Source: Octopus vulgaris
Lineage: Eukaryota
DNA: 64,000 nucleotides
Direction of reading: 5' to 3'
Assembly (NCBI GenBank): GCA_951406725.2
Contig: OX597817.1
Coordinates: 75,950,001-76,014,000, forward strand
The notes beneath the pieces are model-generated. The model ran no database searches. It was not told where the DNA came from and saw only the letters and a list, made by a program, of their open reading frames with translations. The position numbers and the translations under genes are program-made. Positions 55,802 through 64,000 of the stretch are shown here, one piece after another (positions within the stretch are counted from its first letter, which is position 1; each line of letters begins with the position of its first letter).

Positions 55802-56102
55802 AAAATATCAATTGGTTAATCAATATGTTAGTTTTACAAGAGCAGTGATATTTCAACAGAAATATAGAAAGAAGATCGTAATGGTGAAGACACGAACTTT
55901 TTAGTGCTGTGTATATCTCTAATAAGTTTCTGATTTTCAACATCTTATTTCTGAGAATTATTCACTGTATATTTCTCTAAGATTTTGTTCATGAGATTTT
56001 AGGCTCTGTGTCAAAGCCAATGTAATGTTTCAAAGTAAACACAGAATGTTCCAAAAATACGTTCGATTACGTGTAACTTACATACTGTGATAAAGTGATA
56101 TA

Positions 56103-56280
56103 TACGAAGGTGTACTGAGAAGTAACTGGCTGTGGGTAAGACAAAATATAGGAGGATCGGTTAACTATGGTTTTATTCAAAATATACCCGTGGTACTTCA
56201 GTTTTTCTAAGCCCAGTAAAAGAACACAGAACTTTGGGTCTCCAACCAGGCCTTTTGCGATACCTTTAAAGCCAGGAACT
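56103..56280. mobile_element. Possible mariner-derived MITE
   Basis: tacgaaggtgtactgagaagtaactggct ... aaagccaggaact: degenerate TIR-like ends. Confidence 0.4.
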
Positions 56281-56552
56281 ATCCTGGCACCCACACACAC
56301 GCACATACACATACATACTCGCATACATGCTTTCATATATATTAATATTTGTATTTATCTTAGAATAAAAAAACGGTTTTGCATTAAACTGAAGGATCAC
56401 ACAATTCTTTTTGTAGAGTGCAAATTTAGTATTCTTTTACAAAAATATTATTTACAGTGACTTCGATGTAGCGGTCAGCTAAGCCATCATCATTAACTGT
56501 CGGAAACTGCGAAGTCACTTCAATACTATTTTTATTTAAGAATAATACACAT

Positions 56553-56602
<50 letters not shown>

Positions 56603-56621
56603 TATATATATACTTATATAT

Positions 56622-56848
56622 AATGTGTTGTGAATTTATGGAAAGGAATTCCATCAAATTCAACAATTTTGTTAAAAATGGAGAAGAAAAGATGCTAAAA
56701 TAGATAAGAGAATTTTAATTCATGCAGAATTATATTTATTTACTGCATGAATTAAAATTCATTTATATATATTAACATCTTCTCTTCTCAATTTTTAACA
56801 AAATTGTTGAGTTTTATGGGATCTCTTTCCATAAATTCATGCCACATC
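56622..56848. repeat. AT-rich imperfect palindrome (~110-bp arms) after (TA)n
   Basis: gaatttatggaaag..caacaattttgttaaaaat..gaattttaattcatgcag / ctgcatgaattaaaattc..atttttaacaaaattgttg..ctttccataaattc. Confidence 0.8.
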
Positions 56849-56991
56849 ATATAGAAGTATTATTTTCATATTCGCAAATTTACGACTGTGAACTAGCAGC
56901 AAAATATGAAGAATCAATATTAGAAATCTTTGTTGGAAACTTCCAAATTAAAGGACGAATCTAATTCAACTTTTTTTCACCTACATATATA

Positions 56992-58162
56992 CAGGGTGGG
57001 GAAGCAAAATTTACAATAATTTGAGGCAGGGATTGAAAGACAGTGTATGACCAGTTTGTTTATTGAGGCGTTCCTCAAATATTCGACAGACAACTTCTCC
57101 CGTTCTTCTTTAATAGTATCTTTAAGAGAGTCGACATTGCTGTGTGATGTTCTATTGGTAGCATGTTCTAAAACACCCCAAATAGCATAATCCAGAGAGT
57201 TTAGATCTGGGATAGAAGGCGGCCATAAACATGATTACAAAAAATTGCTAAAGTTGGATTTGCAGAATTCTTGTATTTTTCTAGCTGTGTGGGCTGGAGC
57301 ACCATCATGTGTCCATACATAATTACCATCTGGGTAGTTTGCTTTAAGCTATGGCAATACCTCGTATCTCAGAGTCTTGTAATAAGTATTAACATTGATC
57401 TTTTCATCAGCTTTGTAGAATTTTATAGGCATTTTCTTTCCATCGGAAGCCACAACACCAAAAGCCATAACTTGAGCAGGATCTTTTATTTTGAATATTC
57501 CTTTAATCTCAGCTGTTGATTTTGCGATAAATCTGTCATTTCTGTTGTTCAGAACAGCATCGACCGTGAAGATCTTTTCATCTGAAAAGATCGTTACAAT
57601 GGAGAACTTTTTCTTGAACCATGTGATAATTTTCTTGCATCTCTCCAATCTCTTTTCCTTCATAGCTGTTGTCAACAAGTGTTTTGGTGTTCTTGTGTAA
57701 GATTTTAACCTCAAATCATATTTTACAGAATTTCTAATGGTCTTGTTGTCTATCTCAAGTTCAATTGCCATTTTCCTCATGGATTTAGTTGGATCCTTTA
57801 GGATTTTGGATTTGAGTGCTTTAATAAAAGCTTTGGTACGATTTTGTTGATTCCTCAACTTCCAGACTTCCTCGTAATAGTTTTGGTCATAGTCATTCTA
57901 TTATTTACATTATAAACAGTCTTTATGGACACTCCAACTATTTTTGAAATCTCTTTTGGTGTGATGAGTGCATTTAGAAAATCACACACTCTTTGACGTT
58001 TGCTTTCCTGATTACTAATATGGGCAAAAGTTTCTGAAAAGGTAAGGATAATAGTGTTAGAAATGAGTATGACATCAATATATGCTAGGTTTCAAAAAAA
58101 TTGACTTAGTGCCTGGTGAGAAAAAGCAACTTAACGTTCATTGTAAATTTTGCTTCCTCACC

Positions 58163-58165
<3 letters not shown>
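56992..58165 (-). mobile_element. Tc1/mariner DNA transposon, DD37D (maT)-like, defective
   Basis: TIRs cagggtggggaagcaaaatttacaat / attgtaaattttgcttcctcaccctg with TA on each side. Transposase has an HTH (SMRKMAIELEI), IFSDEKIFTVD, HDGAPAH and WPPSIPDLNSLDY; contains stops/frameshifts. Confidence 0.92.
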
Positions 58166-58217
<52 letters not shown>

Positions 58218-58220
<3 letters not shown>

Positions 58221-58430
58221 TTTTAGTTTTTCTTTGATTTGTTTCAGTCATTTCACTGCGGCCATGCAGGAGCACCACATTTAGTGGAGCAAATCGACCC
58301 CAGTACTTGTTCTTTGCTTTGTACGCCTTATTCTATCGGGCTCTTTTGCCGAACCGCTATGTTACGGGGACGTAAACACACCGGCATCAGTTGTCTAGTG
58401 ATGTCGGGGGAACACACACACACACACACA
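58218..58430 (-). mobile_element. SINE 3' half, same family
   Basis: gtttcagtcatttcactgcggccatgcaggagcacc..ttttgccgaaccgct..ggggacgtaaacaca. Confidence 0.75.
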
Positions 58431-59651
58431 TAGATATATATAAAGTAATACACTAAGGAAAGGAATTCCTTCAAAGGAGTGTATAAAACATCCAATTCAC
58501 TGGTACGTCAGTTGAATACTACATAAATATGGGTATAATGCAAATTACAAACAATTAATTAGAGAGATTCAATTAATAATCCAATTTATTTATATTATAA
58601 TATAACATAATATACTATCAATGTGATATAAGATAACATAAAAATCATTAAAAACCAAAATTGACTTATATACATTATTTGATTTATAAACAATTGAGTC
58701 CGCTTATATGAGTCTCATCAGAGCTATGGTTTAACGACAGACGAAATTCTGTGTGAAAGGACAGCTGGACTGTAAAAACTTTAATTCAAATTCTTATGTA
58801 TTATGAGCATGAGCGTTAACTTTTCAAGTACGTAACAATTACAATTAAAAAATACAACAGAATTATAAAGGACAAAATAATTAGCTAAACAGAATCTACA
58901 ACCATCGAAATATATTTCTATATATCTCAAATTATATTAATCCAAATTCGTTTAGGTAGAAGACAATCTTTGGCTGTTATAATAACATACAATAATATAG
59001 GTACATAAATTAAGTATTAGGGTCTTACTTAATGTAGAGACTGTAATAAACGTGTAAATATATATAAATGATGATATAGTATTATATTGGTAATATATAA
59101 CACTTCTTCTCTTTATTGAAAGTTATTGATAATAAACAAATTGTTTAAAGTAACAAACAAAAAATGTTTTTTTTTATTTATTTAGTTTATCGGAGGGAGA
59201 ATTCCGTAATAAATATGAATATAAACTTAGAACTACAATAACTACAACCTATATTACCCCGTAGATATAGAGTTAGGCTATAATAATGGATATCAAAATA
59301 TTACTAGTTTCTTAGAAGTAATGAGATTTGAAGTAACTTAGATAAGGATTATTCACAGTAACTAACAAGTAAATGTCCCTATATTATGGATTGAGTACCG
59401 GTCCTCGATAAACTTAAACGATATTATTTTTCATATAAATGACTATAAATAGTATGTATCCAAATTTTATTAATTCTTCCAGTAGTAACAAGATAATATT
59501 GTTGTAATAAGAATACAAATTATAAACTATACAATACTAATGCTACTACTGAATAATAATAATTATTATTTTGGTTATTAAATTTAGTTAGTAAGTCAAA
59601 TAAAAGTATTCATTTGTTGTTGTTGTTGTTACTATATATACATGTGCATTA

Positions 59652-59932
59652 TTTTACTTGTTGCAGCCAGTTGACTGCGGCTATGCTGAAGCACCGCCTT
59701 TAGTCGAACAAATCGACCCCAGGACTTATTCTTTGTAAGCCTAGTTCTTATTGTTTCGGTCTCTTTACGAGAACGTAAACATATCAACGTCGTTTGTCAA
59801 GCGATGGTAGGGGAACAAATCTTTGGTTAGCCTGAGGCTAGAGTAGAAGACATATGCCCAAAGGGTCACGCAGTGGCACTGAACTGGGAAGCATATGGTT
59901 GAGAAACAAGCTTCTTATCATACAGCCACAGC
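59652..59932 (-). mobile_element. SINE, same family, internally deleted
   Basis: tgactgcggctatgctgaagcaccgcctttagtcg..cgcagtggcactgaac..cttatcatacagccac. Confidence 0.7.
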
Positions 59933-60192
59933 ATGGGTGTTGATTGCCATTTATTCATCGTTGTATTTCAAATTAGTTATTCAATCAGATTAAATGCTTA
60001 TTCATTGAACTGGAGCAATATAAAATGAAGTATTTCGATCGAGAGTCTATAAATCGAAACCATTGTCTTACGATCGTGAGTGAAACACGCTAATCGTTTG
60101 GCCAAATTCCTCCCGACACTCACACACACACTCACACACAGAGACGCTTGTCTATGTATATGTATACATATATATATATAAATATATGTATG

Positions 60193-60388
60193 TAGGGAGA
60201 GTTTACGGAAAAAAAAAACAAAAGACGAAAACAGGTGGTGTACAAAACAATCAGATGTATTAGTATAACGCTCAGGAATAGAAAAAGTCTTTTGCGTTTC
60301 GAGCCTAAGCTCTTCTACAGAAAGGGACACAGAAAAAACAAGGAGAGAAAAGAAATGTGTGTAGTGGGTAACGATCTATCATGGCGTC
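60193..60388 (-). mobile_element. Short TA-tailed PLE-like repeat (copy 2) with hammerhead-like motif at 60289-60324
   Basis: Minus strand cttt-CTGTAGA-a-gagc-ttag-gctc-GAAA-cg-CA-aaag; homologous to 51585-51770. Confidence 0.75.
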
Positions 60389-60408
60389 TGACTCGGACAG
60401 ACGCCATG

Positions 60409-60443
<35 letters not shown>

Positions 60444-60491
60444 CCAAGCACCTGAGGAAACACAGATAATTGGGATATACGTATATATATA

Positions 60492-60530
<39 letters not shown>

Positions 60531-60717
60531 AAAAATGGAACCAAGAAGTGGACCGAAACGACGAATCGGAACGAACCTGATGCGGTTTTTTCCGTTTCTA
60601 CGTCTTATTGTGATGTCCTGTACTCACGTATAATTATTTATATATGCATGTATATATACATGTAGATGTAGGTACGTACATATATGTTTGTGTGTATGCA
60701 TATATTTTTATTTTATC

Positions 60718-60789
<72 letters not shown>

Positions 60790-60790
60790 G

Positions 60791-62668
60791 AAAATAGTAA
60801 AAAGTGAAAAAACTACAGAAGGCTTGTTTTATAAGGTTAAATAATATATTTGAGTCATTATGTTGGAAGAATGTTATAAAATTTTTTCATACAGTAACAT
60901 TGTTTTTGAAGAAATTACCGGTTTCGTGTTAACATTTCAAATTTCTCGAGTGTCTTTACCTACATCGTTTTATGTCTTCGTTATGAATCAAAAAGTAGGT
61001 ATTGTTTAGCGTCTGTGGCTTTGTAAAAAATGTCTGTTTCTATTTTAAGGTTAATTTTTTTAATTAGTATATCTAAGAATGGAAGCTCCTTTTGGTTGTA
61101 TTCCATTGTGAACTGTATATCTGGGTTGATGCTGTTCAATAGGTTTTTGAATTTTAGGAGTTTATCTGTGTTTTAATTCCAGAGTATAAAACAATGGTCC
61201 AGGAATCTTTTCTAATTCTCTTTTATGTATTGAGAGAGGGGGTTTCCAAAGGTCGATAAAGATTCCTGGTATATAATTATTTCCAGGTTGCCCATTGTTA
61301 GGTTCGCAATGACTGGTGCTGCCCTTGTACCCATAGCAATTCCGGATTTTTGACGGTAAAATGTATTGTCAAACATGAAGTGGTTATTATGTAATACAAC
61401 CAAAAGGAGCTTCCATTCTTAGATATACAAATTAAAAAAATTAACCTTAAAATAGAAACAGACATTTTTTACAAAGCCACAGACGCTAAACAATACCTAC
61501 TTTTTGATTCATGCCACCCAAGACACACTAAAACAAACATCCCTTTCAACCTTGCAAGAAGGATATGCACAATAGTGTCAGAACAAAATACCAGGAATCT
61601 TAGACTACAAGAACTCAAAAACACCCTAATTGACAGACACTACCCAGCTCAACTCATAGAGGATGGGATCAGACGTGCAACAGAAATCGACATAGAAACT
61701 TTGAGAAAAGTTCAACACAACAACACACCTACCCCGAAAATACTGCCTTACATATCCACATACAACCCCAGAAACAAAGAAGCCTTCACCATCATCACCC
61801 AGAATTTACCAATACTTCATAAGGACCCCAAATTAAAGGAAATTCTAAACATACATAAAATCATTAAAAGCTACAAACAACCTAAATCACTTAAAAAGAT
61901 ACTCACAAAGGCAAAATTGTTTTCTGAAACTACGGATGCAAAAGTAAAAAAAATGTGGTAAACCAAACTGCGCAACATGCCCAAAGCTTCTAGAAGGATC
62001 AGAATTCCTTTTCAAAGAGGGACAAAAATTCAAGATCAAATCTAATTTTACTTGGGCTTCTGAAAACATAATTTATGTCATAAGATGCTCGGGCTGCCAC
62101 CAAAACTACGTGGGGTCCACGGGACTATCACTCAGACGTAGATGCACTCTGCATCGACAACAGATTGCATTCCCAGAATACAGAATGATACCCTTTAGTG
62201 AGCATATTGAGAAATGTGCAAAGCAACTACTACCACAATTTTTAATCTTTCCATTCTATCAATGTGCTATTGGAACACCAACACAAATTAGATTAAACAA
62301 GGAAACATTCTTCATTGAAAATATAAACCCAAACTTAACCATTCTAACATTCTTATACAGAGAAACTCACCCCATTAAATAAAGGGAAAAGAAATATAAA
62401 GCGATTATCTCCCTTATACCGGAAGAAATTGCTTATTACCGCCCCCTACCTGGAACTCTACTTTGCACTTCATAACAAAGACATAACACGATGTAGGTAA
62501 AGACACTCGAGAAATTTGAAAAGTTAACACGAAACCGGTAATTTCTTCAAAAACAATGTTACTGTATGAAAAAAAAATTATAACATTCTTCCAACATAAT
62601 GATTCAAATATATTCTTTAACCTTATGAAACAAGCCTTTTGTAGTTTTTTTCACTTTTTACTATTTTC
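60791..62668 (+). mobile_element. Penelope-like element (Neptune-type) with inverted terminal pLTR and 5' inversion
   Basis: 61393-62382 (+): ELPFLDI..TDIFYKATDAKQYLLFDSCHP..IPFNLARRI..L.DRHYP; CGKPNCATC linker; IIYVIRC..NYVGSTG..RRRCTLH (GIY-YIG). 60983-61403 (-): NNHFMFDNTFYRQKSGIAMGTRAAPVIANL..KRFLDH (RT). 60791-60987 is the reverse complement of 62469-62668. Confidence 0.92.
62510..62546 (+). ncRNA. Minimal hammerhead ribozyme variant (U3:A8) in Penelope pLTR
   Basis: agaaat-TTGAAAA-gt-taac-ac-GAAA-ccgg-TA-atttct. The inverted copy at 60910-60946 has TTGAAAT. Confidence 0.62.
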
Positions 62669-62708
62669 TATATATCCAACCACGTGCTTTCACACACCAA
62701 TTTTCTCA

Positions 62709-62744
<36 letters not shown>

Positions 62745-62929
62745 CTCACACAATACGTGCTTGTGTGTATGAGTGTGTATATATAATTTCTGGAATACTT
62801 GATTCATGACAGCCAAAAGGTGGACTGGGATTGGAAATGTTATGAATACGGCTGAAAGGAAAATTAATAAGGGCTTTGGGGATTGCTATTCTGTCAAAAG
62901 TGGATTATTAGATATTTCACTTCGTCTAA

Positions 62930-63560
62930 AGTCTCACTCTTATAAACCGTGCCAAAAGCCTAACGAGAAACTTGCCTACAAACGTAAAGAGCCATGCCAC
63001 CCATAACTATATTGTTTAAAACCCTGACAGCTAACATTAGTAACAGGATTCCAATCTTTCTTATGAAGAAATATTTTAGTTAAGTATCTCCCAGAAAATT
63101 CCAAGTACAGAAATAGCAGTCGCTCATTAAATTATCATATAGCTACTGTCCCGTTATGAAGAGCATCATTACTCGTAAACACAACAACTGTCGAAAATCT
63201 GGAGCTCATCCACTTGACCAGGCGTGTACAATAAACCCCTTCTTATATGGTGCAGAAATAACAGCAACTCTACATGTTAAGTTGATCGGGTTAAGCGAAG
63301 GTGACTTCAAAAATCAATATGCTGATAACCTATCTTATTTCTGGCACATGGTTAGTCATGTATGGAGCTTCAAAACCAATTCCACGCCAAATGCAATCAA
63401 ATGAAAATCGTAAAACATACATGCTATGTGTTGATGGTTCCAAAAAATGCAAACTGCATAGCTGGAGAGATGACATATTCTTTCGAGATCTAAGAACTTC
63501 ACTATACCACTGAGTTTCAGATCAGTAATTTTCAGCTAATGCAAACACATGGAAAAGTTC
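62930..63560 (+). mobile_element. Very decayed Penelope-like GIY-YIG region
   Basis: ORF 63156-63404 NCRKSGAHPLDQACTINPFLYGAEI..LIGLSEGDFKNQY and 63301-63513 GSKKCKL match the CPL.G.C..IY.A....YIG..E..FK.RY..SKKC.LC pattern. Confidence 0.6.
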
Positions 63561-63835
63561 CTTGTGGTGGAGGGAACAGCACCCCTCAAATCAAACAGCT
63601 GTATCACAAAAGTTAGATCCCTTGCGTTGATTCTACATCAACCTGCTTTATAACTTTATTCTCAAAGGGGATATAAATCTAATGCGCTTCTAGTTTTTTC
63701 TTTTTCCGTTTCTTTCACCATTTCTCGTGAATTCTCTATTATCGTGATTGCTCTATTGTCCTGATCTGTACCTTGTACAGGCCACGTGATTAGAGCCTGA
63801 ATTGCTTGGAGACACTAAGTATGTTATTCAAATAT

Positions 63836-63962
63836 ATAAATATACAAAGGGATGTACATGAAGTACAATCATTGCTAGAAGCTCTACGTAGTGCCGATAG
63901 CTTACCGGCCGCTCTTTCTAGCAATGATCGTACTTCATGTACATCCACTTTGTGTATTTATA
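63836..63962. repeat. Inverted repeat, ~50-bp arms
   Basis: ggatgtacatgaagtacaatcattgctagaa / ttctagcaatgatcgtacttcatgtacatcc. Confidence 0.85.
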
Positions 63963-64000
63963 ATTCTACCTTTTATGGTGCTTTATTGTTGCTGGATAGT

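Noticed and set aside
58660-58715. CTGATGA-gactc on the minus strand
   Set aside because: No matching GAAA or helix III; too decayed to call.

Overview
AT-rich, microsatellite-saturated eukaryotic DNA. The SINE families and repeat landscape look like an octopus/coleoid cephalopod genome (my recognition, not a database result). No host protein-coding gene is supportable; only a few weak minus-strand exon candidates exist. The window is a transposon graveyard with four main components. (1) A ~11 kb, same-strand, head-to-tail array of R4/Dong-type REL-endonuclease LINEs from several subfamilies, each bounded by (AAT)n, at 23.8-34.8 kb. Their 3'UTRs share a covarying hairpin. (2) Penelope-like (RT + GIY-YIG) elements and many short non-coding modules embedded in (TA)n tracts, with direct/inverted terminal repeats. 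Several carry minimal type I hammerhead ribozyme motifs: an apparently intact pair at 9802-9880/10363-10441, a U3:A8 covariant core at 62510-62546, one at 41000-41044, and several decayed ones. (3) CR1-like, RTE-like and Tx1/L1-like LINE fragments, a DD37D (maT)-like Tc1/mariner with TIRs, and hAT/mariner fossils. (4) More than 25 tRNA-derived SINE copies. Coordinates were read by eye and may be off by a few bases.
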